A stretch of 64,000 nucleotides of DNA from Candidatus Parcubacteria bacterium (GCA_003599335.1 QZJN01000001.1:6167-70166); one strand, 5' to 3'; counted from the first letter of the stretch, positions 19,730-30,966 are shown. Translations and numbers: made by a program. Notes: generated by a model from the letters alone, not told the origin.

Positions 19730-20897
19730 TAAGCTCGCTGAATTGTTGAACCATCAGTTCAATTGAAAATTGGCTCGTTTTATTGTAAGCCTCTTGGGCC
19801 AACACTTGGCGGTAATTTTTATCGCTCAGCAATGATAACATTGCCTGTTCCAAGGCTTCGTTATCGGCCGGTTCTATAAGCAGGCCATTTTTTTTATCTT
19901 CTATTATTTCGGGAATGCCGCCTACGGCGGTGGCTATTATGGGTAATTTTGCCGCCATTGCTTCTATTATTGTCCAAGGAGAACCTTCTTTTAGGGACGG
20001 AAGAACAAAAACATCAAACGCTTTAAGATAAGAAGCTGCATTTGGGATGGCCCCCTTTAATTCAAAAAGATTGTTCAAATCGCGAACGTTTATTTTGCCC
20101 TCGATAAGTTTTTTTTCGGGGCCATCTCCGATTATGACAAAAAGAAGATTTTCTCTTAAAGCAGGGTTTCGTTCAAGTAGATAAAAAGCAGAGTTAACAA
20201 GATTATCCAGGCCCTTATTTCTATAAAAATTGGCAATGGTTCCTATAACGGTTTTGCCTTTGGTTTTTAAGCCCAATTTATTTCTGGCTTCGTCGCGTTC
20301 GTAAAGTATTTTTTGGAAAGTTTTTAAATCTATTCCGTTGCGCACGAGCCTTAATTTATCGGGGTTGGTTATTTTTTTATCTATAGCCAAATCAAAGTTA
20401 TTTTGAGAATTAACGATGATAATATCTTTCAGCCACGATGTTGATTTTTCTATCCAAAGATAGACTAACTTGCGGAGACGACTTAAATCTTCTGTAAAAG
20501 CGAAACCTCCGATTCTGTAAAAAACCTTTAATTTTTTTCCACCAATAATTTTATGGATAATCGAAGCTAAGGACCCGTAAAATCCAGCCTTGGTGCTTAA
20601 AAGGAAAAATATATCAGGACATTCCGATTTTAATAATTTTATTATTTTCAAAAAGGCCCCAATATCTTTTAGGGGAGAAAAATGGGAAGAGGTAAGGTTT
20701 GGAATATTTACAAAACGTATCCCGTTTTTCTGGAGTTCTCCCATGATGTAGCCTTTACCCCCGGCTGCAACCACAATTTCAATTTCCGGATAGGATTTGA
20801 CAAAACGGGGTAAAAATTCGATCAAAAACCTCTGCGCCCCTCCCCAGTCTGACTCGGTTATTAAAAAAACTATTTTTCCTGTTATTTCAAGCTTCAT
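19710..20897 (-). CDS. Glycosyltransferase family 4
   Basis: WGGAQR; DVFVLPSLKEGSPWTIIEAMAA. Confidence 0.9.
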   Translation of the reverse strand: MKLEITGKIVFLITESDWGGAQRFLIEFLPRFVKSYPEIEIVVAAGGKGYIMGELQKNGIRFVNIPNLTSSHFSPLKDIGAFLKIIKLLKSECPDIFFLLSTKAGFYGSLASIIHKIIGGKKLKVFYRIGGFAFTEDLSRLRKLVYLWIEKSTSWLKDIIIVNSQNNFDLAIDKKITNPDKLRLVRNGIDLKTFQKILYERDEARNKLGLKTKGKTVIGTIANFYRNKGLDNLVNSAFYLLERNPALRENLLFVIIGDGPEKKLIEGKINVRDLNNLFELKGAIPNAASYLKAFDVFVLPSLKEGSPWTIIEAMAAKLPIIATAVGGIPEIIEDKKNGLLIEPADNEALEQAMLSLLSDKNYRQVLAQEAYNKTSQFSIELMVQQFSELIIEALE

Positions 20898-21072
20898 TTA
20901 ATTGATTCAATAATCATTTATATTGTATAGTGGGACATCATTGAATATACCCAGTAGTAGAGCTTTTAATCAAATCAGAACGCGAACTTAGAAAGCTTAA
21001 TATGAAATTGATTTTCAGAACAGCCAGCATTTATTCACTACCGGGCCGGCAATTAACTCGGGTTTAACAAGG

Positions 21073-22911
21073 ATGTGCGGTATAGCGGGTATTTTTAATA
21101 CATCACAAGAAAAAATCAGCCCAGATATTATTCGGGCGATGATAAAGCCGATTATTCACCGAGGCCCAGATAATCAGGATTTTTTTCATGATGGTAATAT
21201 CGCTCTGGGCAGCGCAAGGCTTTCGATTATAGATCTTAAAACCGGCGACCAGCCGGTGTTTAATGAGGATGGCACGATTGCCATAGTCTTTAATGGGGAG
21301 ATTTATAACTTTCATGAAATAAGAGAACGTTTGTTGAAAAAGAACCATTTCTTTAAAACGGCAAGCGACACAGAGACGATTGTTCATTTATACGAAGAAG
21401 TCGGGACTAATTGCCTTTCTGAATTAAACGGCATGTTCGCTTTTGCACTCTGGGATAAAAATAAAGAGAGGCTTTTTGTAGCAAGGGACAGATTGGGAGT
21501 TAAGCCCCTTTACTGGACTTTTCAAAATGGAACTTTTCTTTGCGGTTCAGAGATAGATGCTTTGTTTGGGGGGCTTAATGTAAAACCCGATTTTAATACT
21601 GATTCTTTAGCTTTTTATTTTACTTATGGATTTATTCCTGCCCCACTTACCATTTATAAAGAGATTTTTAAATTGGAGCCTGGGCATTTTCTGACAATTG
21701 ATAAATTCGGTGTTAAAAAACAAAGGTACTGGCAAGCGCCAAGAGAAATTAATAATAATTTTGAACAAGAAGAAATAGCTCCGACAATTTATAAACTGAC
21801 AAAAGATGCTGTTGAGCGGAGGTTAATTTCCGATGTTTCTTTGGGGGCTTTTTTAAGCGGGGGGTTTGATTCCAGCGTTGTTGTCGGTTTTATGAAAGAG
21901 TTGGCTGGTTCAGCCGAAACTTTCAGCATTGGGTTTGAGGGAGTGGGATTTTTTAACGAATTACCTCAAGCCAAAATGGTCGCAAAATATTTTGGGGTTA
22001 AAAATAACAGCGAAGTAATAAGTCAGAAAACCATAAAGGAATTAATCCCCGAAGTTCTTTCTGAAATTGATGACCCGTTTGCCGATTCTTCAATAATTCC
22101 AACCTTTTTGTTATCCAAAATAACAAGAAAGAAAGTTAAGGTTGCTTTGTCGGGCGATGGGGGAGACGAAATTTTTGTCGGCTACAACAAATATAGAGGG
22201 CATATTTTTGGTAGGAATTCATTAGTTGGTCTTCTTTCAAAGGCTGCATCTTTTTTGCCAGTAAGCAGAGAGAGTCGTTTTGGCGAATTGATTCGTAAGG
22301 CAGAAAAATTCAGGCAGGGATCTTCATCATCTTTGGCAGAGAGGCATTTTATATGGACATCAATTTTTTCAGAAACGGACAAACTTTTAATAGGTTTGAA
22401 ATTACATCCCAAAAAAGAATATCTCTCATTTTTTAAGGAGGAAGGATCTTTGGAAGAAGCTTTGCTTGTCGATTTGGAGTTTTCTTTGCCAAATGACATG
22501 CTCACAAAAGTTGATTTGGCAAGTATGTGGAATTCTCTGGAAGTCAGATCTCCTTTCTTGGATTATAGGCTCTGTGAGTATATGTTTAGGATTCCAGCTT
22601 CAATTCGGTTTAAAAACGGCAAATTGAAAAATCTCGGGAAACTCGCTTTTGAAAGTTTGTTGCCAGATTTCGTTTTAAATTACAGAAAGCAGGGATTTGA
22701 AATCCCCATTGGAGAATGGTTCCGCCAGGATTTGGGGAAAAGTCTTTTGGATTTAATGGGTGGAGCAAAAACACAGTGGGGAGGGATAATTAATTTTAAC
22801 GAGGTGGACAGATTGTTTGCAGAACATAAAAATAAAAAGGCAGATAATTCAAAAATTTTATGGGCTCTTTATACTTTATTTTTTTGGTCCATAAAAAATA
22901 AACACCCATGA
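21073..22911 (+). CDS. asnB: AsnB-like glutamine amidotransferase (glycan-cluster type)
   Basis: MCGIAG, HRGPD, FNGEIYN, LSGGFDSS, SGDGGDE. Confidence 0.9.
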   Translation: MCGIAGIFNTSQEKISPDIIRAMIKPIIHRGPDNQDFFHDGNIALGSARLSIIDLKTGDQPVFNEDGTIAIVFNGEIYNFHEIRERLLKKNHFFKTASDTETIVHLYEEVGTNCLSELNGMFAFALWDKNKERLFVARDRLGVKPLYWTFQNGTFLCGSEIDALFGGLNVKPDFNTDSLAFYFTYGFIPAPLTIYKEIFKLEPGHFLTIDKFGVKKQRYWQAPREINNNFEQEEIAPTIYKLTKDAVERRLISDVSLGAFLSGGFDSSVVVGFMKELAGSAETFSIGFEGVGFFNELPQAKMVAKYFGVKNNSEVISQKTIKELIPEVLSEIDDPFADSSIIPTFLLSKITRKKVKVALSGDGGDEIFVGYNKYRGHIFGRNSLVGLLSKAASFLPVSRESRFGELIRKAEKFRQGSSSSLAERHFIWTSIFSETDKLLIGLKLHPKKEYLSFFKEEGSLEEALLVDLEFSLPNDMLTKVDLASMWNSLEVRSPFLDYRLCEYMFRIPASIRFKNGKLKNLGKLAFESLLPDFVLNYRKQGFEIPIGEWFRQDLGKSLLDLMGGAKTQWGGIINFNEVDRLFAEHKNKKADNSKILWALYTLFFWSIKNKHP

Positions 22912-24050
22912 GTTTCAATCAAAAGGGCGAAAAAAAGAGAATTTTGATTGTTTCTACTGCTTATTTACCTCTAATTGGTGGGGCTGAACTTGCGGTTAGA
23001 GAAATTACCGACCGTCTGGGCGACAACTATGATTTTAGTCTAATCTGTGCCAGATTAGACTCAAAACTTCCCTCAAAAGAAAGGATTGGATCGGTCGCAA
23101 TTGAAAGGGTTGGGTTTGGTTCTTCCTTTGATAAGATCATTTTGCCGTTTGCTGTTTTTCTGAAAGCCTTTAGAGAGAAAAGGCCAGATGTTTTATGGGT
23201 TATCATGGCTGTGCAGGGAGCCTTTGGAGCATTATTTTTTAAGATTGTAAGGCCTAAAACAAAAATGTTATTAACGCTGCAGGAGGGAGATCCGGAAGAA
23301 CTTATTTTAAAAAAGATAGGTATATTTTATCCGTTGTGGCGCCAAATTTTCAGACGCGCAGATTACATTCAAGTTATTAGCAGATATCTTAAGAATTTTG
23401 CCATTCGGCATGGCGCCGTAACGACCATTGAGGTTATTCCCAATGGGGTGGATTTTCAAAAAATTAAAAACACTTCTGTCTTCAAAAAATTTAAAGCTAA
23501 AAAGAACGAAGCTTTGATAATTAGCACATCACGCTTGGCCTACAAAAACGGTATGGATACTCTTATTGAGGCTATGGGCATTTTAGTTGCTGATGGGCAT
23601 AGGGATTTGAGACTTGCTATAGCCGGCAGCGGGCCAGACGAGTCCAAATTGCGAGACTTAGCCAAAAGGCTTAAGATTGAAAGTTTTGTTGATTTTCTTG
23701 GTTTAATAGAACCGGATGATGTTGCTTCTTTTCTAAAAGCCGGTGATGTATTTGTCCGTCCTTCCAGAGCCGAGGGTCTTGGGAGTTCTTTTTTAGAGGC
23801 TATGGCGGTAGGATTGCCTGTTATCGGAACAAGGGTTGGCGGGATACCAGATTTTTTGGAAGATCAAAAAACAGGTCTTTTTTGTAAGGTTGATGATCCT
23901 AAAGATTTAGCATCTAAAATAAAGCTCTTGTTATCAAATAAGAAGCTTTATGAAAATATAGCGTTGGGCGGTAAAAATTTAGTTGACTCAAATTATGATT
24001 GGAGTAATATTGCTATGCGAATGAAAAAAATATTCGATTCAATGACATGA
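22908..24050 (+). CDS. Glycosyltransferase family 4
   Basis: IGGAE; DVFVRPSRAEGLGSSFLEAMAVG. Confidence 0.9.
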   Translation: MSFNQKGEKKRILIVSTAYLPLIGGAELAVREITDRLGDNYDFSLICARLDSKLPSKERIGSVAIERVGFGSSFDKIILPFAVFLKAFREKRPDVLWVIMAVQGAFGALFFKIVRPKTKMLLTLQEGDPEELILKKIGIFYPLWRQIFRRADYIQVISRYLKNFAIRHGAVTTIEVIPNGVDFQKIKNTSVFKKFKAKKNEALIISTSRLAYKNGMDTLIEAMGILVADGHRDLRLAIAGSGPDESKLRDLAKRLKIESFVDFLGLIEPDDVASFLKAGDVFVRPSRAEGLGSSFLEAMAVGLPVIGTRVGGIPDFLEDQKTGLFCKVDDPKDLASKIKLLLSNKKLYENIALGGKNLVDSNYDWSNIAMRMKKIFDSMT

Positions 24051-25144
24051 AGATCGCAGTAGTAGGAGCTGGGATTTTTGGCGTTACGGCGGCCACAAGA
24101 TTGGCCAAAAGTGGTCATTCCGTTGATTTATTCGAAAAACACGGCGATATCTTGCAGGCAGCTTCCGGTATAAATCAGTTCAGGCTCCATAGGGGATATC
24201 ATTATCCAAGAAGCCCAGAAACAATAAGAGAATCTTTATCAGCTCAAGAGTCTTTTGCCGGTGAATATAGGCCAGCTATTATTGATGATTTTGATCATCA
24301 TTATTGTATTGCTAAAGAAAAAAGTTTTGTTTCCGGGGACCAATTTATGAAAACATGTTTGGAGTATGGACTTGAACATGAACATTGCGAGTTGGGATTA
24401 GTCAGCGATACGAAGGTTGGCGCTAAGTTAAAGGTTAAAGAGTCTCTCGTTGATTTAGAAAAGTTAAAAGAGCTTTGCTGGAAAAAATTAAACGCATCAA
24501 GAGTTAGAGTTTTATTGAACACCAAGGCTGACGCTCAGTCTATCAAAAAATATGATTTTATTGTTTTGTGCATGTACGCAGATAATAATGAGTTTACAGA
24601 GAGCCTTGGAATACCGTCTCAAGATTATCAATATGAACTTTGTGAGAAAATAGTTATAAAGCTACCCGATCAGTTTAAGAATAAAAGCATAGTTATAATG
24701 GATGGACCATTTATGTGCGTTGATCCTTTTGGAAAGACAAATTTGTTTTTGATGGGCAACGTCGTTCATGCAATTCATCATAGTAATGTCGGTAAGCACC
24801 CGGAAATACCATCTGAATTTATACCCTTGTTAAATCGAGGGGTAATTAAAAATCCACCCATAACGAACTTTTCTTTATTTATAGATTCAGCCGCCGAGTT
24901 TATTCCTGCGATAAAACAAGCCGAGCATGTCGGTTCTATGTATACTGTCAGAACAGTTTTGGCTAACGTTGATAAAACAGATAAAAGACCAACTTTGGTT
25001 GATAGGGTTGCTCCAAATATAGTAAGGGTTTTTTCTGGTAAAATAGGAACTTGCGTTCAGGCAGCCCAAGAAGTTGAAAGAATAATCAACGAAATGGAAG
25101 GGGTTGAAAAGAGGGTGGCTAACGAGAGGGTTGCTTTATCTTAG
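24047..25144 (+). CDS. FAD-dependent oxidoreductase
   Basis: IAVVGAGIFG; ASGINQFRLHRGYHYPRS. Confidence 0.85.
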   Translation: MKIAVVGAGIFGVTAATRLAKSGHSVDLFEKHGDILQAASGINQFRLHRGYHYPRSPETIRESLSAQESFAGEYRPAIIDDFDHHYCIAKEKSFVSGDQFMKTCLEYGLEHEHCELGLVSDTKVGAKLKVKESLVDLEKLKELCWKKLNASRVRVLLNTKADAQSIKKYDFIVLCMYADNNEFTESLGIPSQDYQYELCEKIVIKLPDQFKNKSIVIMDGPFMCVDPFGKTNLFLMGNVVHAIHHSNVGKHPEIPSEFIPLLNRGVIKNPPITNFSLFIDSAAEFIPAIKQAEHVGSMYTVRTVLANVDKTDKRPTLVDRVAPNIVRVFSGKIGTCVQAAQEVERIINEMEGVEKRVANERVALS

Positions 25145-26039
25145 CGAGGGTTTCTACAACGGCTAAGCCAAATGCTCCATTTGAAAGAGCATTTTTTTGT
25201 TGTTTAAGAGATTCAACAAAATTGCTGCATTCAAGTTCAAGGGGAGTTTTAGCCGTTTTATATATTTTTTTAATATTTCCGCTTCTGTCTAAACTATAAA
25301 GTTCGTCGTTTTCCCAGATAAAACAATTTTTTTTGGTTATAATCACGGCAGTTTTATTTTTTATGTTGGAAACTCGGTTTATATTGATAAAGAAATTCTT
25401 ATTTTTTCCGGAACTGCCTTTTATTGAAATAATATCGCTTGGACTAATAAACCCATTTGAATTAATAATAGAAAGTTTGGTTGGTCTGCCAAGTAAATAG
25501 GAAATTACGGCAATGTCATGACAGGCAAGGTTCCAAAGAATATCTTCATGGAAGCTTCCGAGCTTATTCCAGTTGAAATAACAACTTATGGCATCTTCAT
25601 TTGCTAGGAGTTTTTTTAACTTTTCAGTTATTTCATGATAAACAAATGTGTGACCGACAAAAAGAAGCCGTTTTTTTGTTTTGGCCAACAGAACAAGCTT
25701 TTTTGCTTTGGATACATCGTTTGTTAGTGGTTTTTCAACAAAAACATTTTTGCCGGCCTCAAGGGCTTTTCTTGCAAGTTCAAAATGGGTTCTTATGGGA
25801 GTGGCTATAACAAGAGCATTTATAGATTTATCTTTCAAAAGGGAAGTATAATCCGTGGTTAATTTTATACCGGGATAATTTTTTTTCATCCATTCGATTT
25901 CTTGTTTATTTCCGCGATTACAACAAGCCGAAATCTTTGTTAATTTATCAAATTCTCTTATTAAATTTTTTCCCCACCTTCCAATTCCAACTATTGCGAC
26001 GGTTGGCTTTGGGGCTTTATTTTTAAGGTTTTGTGGCAT
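25119..26039 (-). CDS. Gfo/Idh/MocA-family oxidoreductase
   Basis: GIGRWG; IATP...H; GKNVFVEKPL. Confidence 0.88.
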   Translation of the reverse strand: MPQNLKNKAPKPTVAIVGIGRWGKNLIREFDKLTKISACCNRGNKQEIEWMKKNYPGIKLTTDYTSLLKDKSINALVIATPIRTHFELARKALEAGKNVFVEKPLTNDVSKAKKLVLLAKTKKRLLFVGHTFVYHEITEKLKKLLANEDAISCYFNWNKLGSFHEDILWNLACHDIAVISYLLGRPTKLSIINSNGFISPSDIISIKGSSGKNKNFFININRVSNIKNKTAVIITKKNCFIWENDELYSLDRSGNIKKIYKTAKTPLELECSNFVESLKQQKNALSNGAFGLAVVETLAKIKQPSR

Positions 26040-26070
26040 AGTATTACTTAATATATAAGCACACGAATAT

Positions 26071-27207
26071 ATGTTTAATCAAATGAAGATTGTTTTGGCA
26101 ACGGGGGTTTTTTATCCAGATGTTGGTGGTCCAGCTATACATTGTCGCAAGATTGCAGAGATGCTTACCGAAAGGGGATTCAAAGTTGTTGTGGTGACTT
26201 ATGGAGAAAACCCTGAAGGTGATAATTTTAAATTTTCGGTAAAGAGAATTTCAAGGAAAATATTTAAACCTTTACGTTGGTTTATTTATTCGGTAAAGGT
26301 TTTTTTCTCTTCATTTGATGCTTCGGTCATTTATGCTTTTGATGTGACAGCGGCTGGAATGCCGGCGTTTCTTACGGCCAAACTTTTTGGGAAAAGATTT
26401 ATTGTCCGCATTGGGGGCGATCCGATATGGGAGAGGGTTGTGGAAAAGGGAAAGAGGTTTGTTTCTATTACAAAATATTATAAAGATAAATTTTATCTGG
26501 TGGATAAGCCTTATTTGTTTAGGGCAATTCGGTTTATGCTTGGTAGGACCGATAAAATTGTCACATACTGTTTTTTATTAAGGGATCTTTATGTGAACTA
26601 TTATGAAATATCAAAAGATAAAATTGAGCTTATATTTAACCCTTTTCTGAAAAAAGAATCTTTATCGGCTTCTTTAAAGCGCCAACCTAAAGTTTTATTT
26701 GCCGGCAGGTTTGTTTCTTACAAAAATTTATATTTAGTGATTGGGGTGTTCGAAAGGATTCGTAAAAGTCTTGGGAAGGGCGAGTTGGTCTTGATTGGTG
26801 ATGGCCCCGATGAAGAGATTTTAAAGGGAATGATTAAAAAAAGTAAGTTTTCGCAAGCCATGCGCATATTGCCAAAAATGCCTCAAGAAAAGTTGTTTGA
26901 GCATATTCAATCGTCGTTGGTGTGCGTTGGTCCGGCACTGACAGAGTTTAATCCAAATTTCATTCTTGAGAGCTTATCTTTAGGAAAGCCGGTCTTGCTA
27001 AGCAAAGAAAATGGGTTAACGGTTAAACTTCCCGAAGAATTTTTATTTGATCCGAATAATGAAGATGAGTTTAAGATGAAGCTTGAAAGATTTTTTGACG
27101 ATAATTTTTATAAAGAGGCGGTTGGGAAGGTTAAAAGTTTATCCATGGATCAGACTTGGGAAGAGGTATTAGATATGCATTGGAAATTAATAAATAAGCT
27201 TCTATGA
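26071..27207 (+). CDS. Glycosyltransferase family 4
   Basis: YPDVGGPA; AGRFVSYK; EFNPNFILESLSLGKP. Confidence 0.85.
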   Translation: MFNQMKIVLATGVFYPDVGGPAIHCRKIAEMLTERGFKVVVVTYGENPEGDNFKFSVKRISRKIFKPLRWFIYSVKVFFSSFDASVIYAFDVTAAGMPAFLTAKLFGKRFIVRIGGDPIWERVVEKGKRFVSITKYYKDKFYLVDKPYLFRAIRFMLGRTDKIVTYCFLLRDLYVNYYEISKDKIELIFNPFLKKESLSASLKRQPKVLFAGRFVSYKNLYLVIGVFERIRKSLGKGELVLIGDGPDEEILKGMIKKSKFSQAMRILPKMPQEKLFEHIQSSLVCVGPALTEFNPNFILESLSLGKPVLLSKENGLTVKLPEEFLFDPNNEDEFKMKLERFFDDNFYKEAVGKVKSLSMDQTWEEVLDMHWKLINKLL

Positions 27208-27935
27208 ACCCGAAAGTTTTGGTTGTGCAAAAAATAGAGACTTTTATAACCCCAAATAAGCCATTCAGAATTCTTGAGCTTGGAGTTGGCTCAACAACCC
27301 CATTTGAATATTTAGTTAAAAAATATCCTCTTGTCGAATACGTTGGAGTTGAGCCGATTGGATTTGGCCCAAAAGACAGCCTTAAGGATTTTAGGAAATT
27401 AGCGAATGTAAAGTTTTTTAATCAATTTGGGGAGGAAAGACTTAGGGCGTATACAGCTGGTTATTTTGATGTTTGCGCTTCTTTTAGCGTTTTAGAACAT
27501 GTTAAAAATCTTGAAGCTTTTTTAAAAAACAGCATTGATTATGTTAAAACCAATGGTCGTATTGTTCATTTTTATGATCGCGGTCATTCAATGAGGCCGT
27601 CTTCTTTTAGAGAAAGGCTTCATGTTTTTTTTGGAAATTATTTGCCGTTTTTGCTTCCGGCCAAAAAGTTTGTGCGTCATCTTGATGAAAAAAAAGTTGA
27701 TAATTTGATCAGAAAATACGGGACGGAAATTGAAGAAATCACTTATCATAATATGCCAGATCATAAGCAGTTTATTAAGAATTTGGATAGAAATGACAGT
27801 TTATCTAAGAAACTTGCGGCCGATTTGTCGAGTTGGGAATTTTTAGTTTCAAAATATGTCAGGGCAATGCCAGACGATATTCGAGAAAGATTCTTTTTAA
27901 GCGTTTGTTTTTGGGCTAAAAAGAAAATCACATGA
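27204..27935 (+). CDS. Class I SAM-dependent methyltransferase
   Basis: ILELGVGS; FDV...SVLEHV. Confidence 0.8.
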   Translation: MNPKVLVVQKIETFITPNKPFRILELGVGSTTPFEYLVKKYPLVEYVGVEPIGFGPKDSLKDFRKLANVKFFNQFGEERLRAYTAGYFDVCASFSVLEHVKNLEAFLKNSIDYVKTNGRIVHFYDRGHSMRPSSFRERLHVFFGNYLPFLLPAKKFVRHLDEKKVDNLIRKYGTEIEEITYHNMPDHKQFIKNLDRNDSLSKKLAADLSSWEFLVSKYVRAMPDDIRERFFLSVCFWAKKKIT

Positions 27936-29062
27936 GGGTTTTAGTTGTAAGTTCGGATATTGGTTTTTTTAATCCTCAAGGCGGTGGAGATGTTTTGGAT
28001 CGTCATATTGCCTATGCCAATGGTTGCGAAAAGTTGATTGTTTTGGTAAAGGCCCCAAAAAATAAATACTCATTTAAAATTATCGGAAATCTAATTATAA
28101 TTCCTTCGGGAGGTTCTGGATCATTGAGTATTTTTTTAAGCTTACTCAAAAAAGCTATTAAAGCGGTTCTGGATTACAAAATTGACGTTGTAAATACCCA
28201 GGACCCGATGATATATGGGATTGTCGGTTATTTTTTGAAATTACGTTTTGGCGTTCCTTTGATTGTAAATTGGCATGGAGATTTTTTAAACAATAATTAT
28301 TGGATAAATGAAAGGCTTATAAACAGGCCTTTATTGATTATTGGCAAATTTATTTCAAGAAGAGCTGATTGCGTCAGGGTTGTTAGTCCGGTTATAAAAG
28401 AAAAGCTTAAAACAATAGGAGTTGATGAGGAGAAGGTTTTTGTCATTCCTACGCCGGTTGATTTAGAAAAATTTAAGATCAAAAATAAAGAATCTAAAAA
28501 ATCAAATCCCAACGAGAAAAAGATAATTTTTGTAGGGAGATTGGTTAAATTAAAAAATATTGATTTTCTCTTGAGGGTTATAAAAAAATTAGCAAATGAT
28601 ATAGATAAAGTCCGTTTGGTTATTGTCGGAGACGGCCCGGAAACTAATAGTCTGAAAGAATATTCTAAAAAGTTAGATATACAAAAACTAATTTCGTTTG
28701 TAGGTTTGGTGCCTCATGGGGTTTTGATGGATTATTATTCAACGGCTTTGATTGCTGTTTTGCCTTCTTTGCATGAGAGTTTTGGTAAGGTGATTATAGA
28801 AGCCGCGATGGCTGGCGTGCCGACCTTGGCGTCCCGCACAACCGGCGCCGTTTCTATAATTAAAGACGAGAGGCTTTTATTTGATATTAACGACGAAGCT
28901 ACTTGCGTTTCAAAGTTAAAAACACTCTTGGAGAATGAAACTTTAAGAACAACATTGCTAAAAGATTTGATTAAAAACATAGAAGACAAATTTGGGTGGG
29001 ATAAAAGCGTTAATACAATTATTAATATGTGGCAAAGAGCCGTTATTAAAAATAGAAGGTAG
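27932..29062 (+). CDS. Glycosyltransferase family 4
   Basis: FVGRLVKLK; LPSLHESFGKVIIEAAMAG. Confidence 0.9.
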   Translation: MRVLVVSSDIGFFNPQGGGDVLDRHIAYANGCEKLIVLVKAPKNKYSFKIIGNLIIIPSGGSGSLSIFLSLLKKAIKAVLDYKIDVVNTQDPMIYGIVGYFLKLRFGVPLIVNWHGDFLNNNYWINERLINRPLLIIGKFISRRADCVRVVSPVIKEKLKTIGVDEEKVFVIPTPVDLEKFKIKNKESKKSNPNEKKIIFVGRLVKLKNIDFLLRVIKKLANDIDKVRLVIVGDGPETNSLKEYSKKLDIQKLISFVGLVPHGVLMDYYSTALIAVLPSLHESFGKVIIEAAMAGVPTLASRTTGAVSIIKDERLLFDINDEATCVSKLKTLLENETLRTTLLKDLIKNIEDKFGWDKSVNTIINMWQRAVIKNRR

Positions 29063-29064
29063 AT

Positions 29065-30966
29065 ATGTGCGGGATTGCGGGACAATTTAGGTTTGATTCT
29101 TTACCTGATCGTTCCCTGGTTGAGAAGATGGCCAAGGCTTTAATTCATCGCGGTCCGGACAGCGACGGTTTTTATTTTTCTGATAGGGTTGGACTCGGCA
29201 TTAGGCGTTTAAAGATTATTGATTTAAAAACCGGAGATCAACCCATACACAACGAAGATAAAACAATTTGGGTTGTTTTTAACGGAGAGATATACAATTT
29301 CAAAGAATTAAGAGATTTACTGGAAAAAAGAGGGCATTCTTTTTACACAAGATCCGATACGGAAACCATTGTTCATTTATACGAGGAATATAAGGAAGAT
29401 TTTGTTTCTTATTTGAATGGTATGTTTGCGATAGCTTTATGGGATGATAAAAACAAGAAATTGATTCTTGCCAGAGATAGAGTTGGCGAAAAACCTTTGT
29501 ATTATTTCCACAATAAAAAAGAGATAATCTTTGCTTCTGAGATGAAAGCTCTTCTTGAAAATAAAACGGTCAGTCGTGATATTAATCCAGAAGCACTACA
29601 TTATTATCTTGTCCTTGGCAGAGTTCCGGCTCCATATGCAATTATAAACGGCATTCAGAAGCTGGAGCCTGCACATATAGTGGTTGTAAATAAAGAAGGG
29701 GTGGTCGGTATTAAAAAATACTGGGAACTTTCTTTTAAACCAAAAGCCAATTTTAGCGAAGAAGAAGCAAAGGCTAAGCTTAGAGAAAAACTTGAAGAAT
29801 CTGTCGTTTCTCGGATGGTGGCCGACGTGCCTTTAGGAGCTTTTCTTTCTGGCGGAGTTGATTCAAGCGCTGTGGTTGCAATGATGGCTCAAAATTCTTC
29901 TAAGCCTGTTGAAACTTTTTCCGTCGGTTTTGACGAAAAAGATTTTTCAGAACTTGCCTACGCTTCTATTGTCGCAAAAAGATTTTCAACCAATCATCAC
30001 GAGTTTATTATAAAGCCGGATGTTTTTAAGATTTTACCTAAATTAGTTTGGTATCTTGATGAGCCATTTGCCGATGCTTCAATAATTCCAACGTATTATG
30101 TTGCCCAAGCAACCCGTAGTCATGTTACAGCTGCCCTTACCGGAGACGGGGGAGACGAACTTTTCGCTGGGTATGAGTGGTATAAGGCTTTAAAACTTGC
30201 GCGTCTTTATGTTGCGATGCCAAAGATTTTGCGTGGTTTTTTATCCGCTTTAAGCAGTTTTATTCCAAACATCGATGAAAGGGAAAGTTCCATTCGATAC
30301 CTTCATAAGTTAAAGAGGTTTTTTGAAACTCAAGCCAAAACCAATAAATCGCCACTTGATATTTTTATGAGTATGACCGGCGGTTTTACAGAAGAAATTT
30401 TACATTCTTTTATTTACGACAAGAACTTCAGTAAATCTATAAAAAATATAAGCGCTAGGAATCTGCGTCAAGAAAAAATAGACGAATATGATGGGGATGA
30501 TCCTTTGGAGGCCTTATCGTTTGAACAGTTTTCTTCATTGCTGCCGGATATGTTTTTTACGAAAGTTGATAGATGCACAATGAGCGTTTCGCTTGAATCC
30601 AGGGCTCCGTTAGTTGATTACAAATTCGTTGAGTTTATTGCCAAACTGCCTTTTTCTTACAAGCTTCGTGGTTTTAAGACGAAATACATATTTAAAGAAG
30701 CCATGAGGGGCATTTTGCCCGAAGAGATTTTATTTAGGCCAAAAAAGGGTTTTGCAATTCCTTTACATAGATGGATAAAAGAAGATCCCTTAAAAAAAGA
30801 GATAACCAGAGTTCTTTTAGACGAGGGTTTTATCAAACTCGGTTATTTTAATAAAAGCGCGGTCTCAAATCTTGTTTTAGAGCATATGGATGGCAAAAAA
30901 AACAATTTTGAGAAGATTTGGAGACTTTATGTGTTCGCTTTATGGTATAAGCAATTTTGTATTTAA
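29065..30966 (+). CDS. asnB: AsnB-like glutamine amidotransferase (second copy)
   Basis: MCGIAG, HRGPD, FNGEIYN, LSGGVDSS, TGDGGDELFAGY. Confidence 0.9.
   Translation: MCGIAGQFRFDSLPDRSLVEKMAKALIHRGPDSDGFYFSDRVGLGIRRLKIIDLKTGDQPIHNEDKTIWVVFNGEIYNFKELRDLLEKRGHSFYTRSDTETIVHLYEEYKEDFVSYLNGMFAIALWDDKNKKLILARDRVGEKPLYYFHNKKEIIFASEMKALLENKTVSRDINPEALHYYLVLGRVPAPYAIINGIQKLEPAHIVVVNKEGVVGIKKYWELSFKPKANFSEEEAKAKLREKLEESVVSRMVADVPLGAFLSGGVDSSAVVAMMAQNSSKPVETFSVGFDEKDFSELAYASIVAKRFSTNHHEFIIKPDVFKILPKLVWYLDEPFADASIIPTYYVAQATRSHVTAALTGDGGDELFAGYEWYKALKLARLYVAMPKILRGFLSALSSFIPNIDERESSIRYLHKLKRFFETQAKTNKSPLDIFMSMTGGFTEEILHSFIYDKNFSKSIKNISARNLRQEKIDEYDGDDPLEALSFEQFSSLLPDMFFTKVDRCTMSVSLESRAPLVDYKFVEFIAKLPFSYKLRGFKTKYIFKEAMRGILPEEILFRPKKGFAIPLHRWIKEDPLKKEITRVLLDEGFIKLGYFNKSAVSNLVLEHMDGKKNNFEKIWRLYVFALWYKQFCI

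Noticed and set aside
21073-30966. asnB copies as asparagine biosynthesis genes
   Set aside because: Both are translationally coupled to glycosyltransferases, so glycan amidation is more likely.
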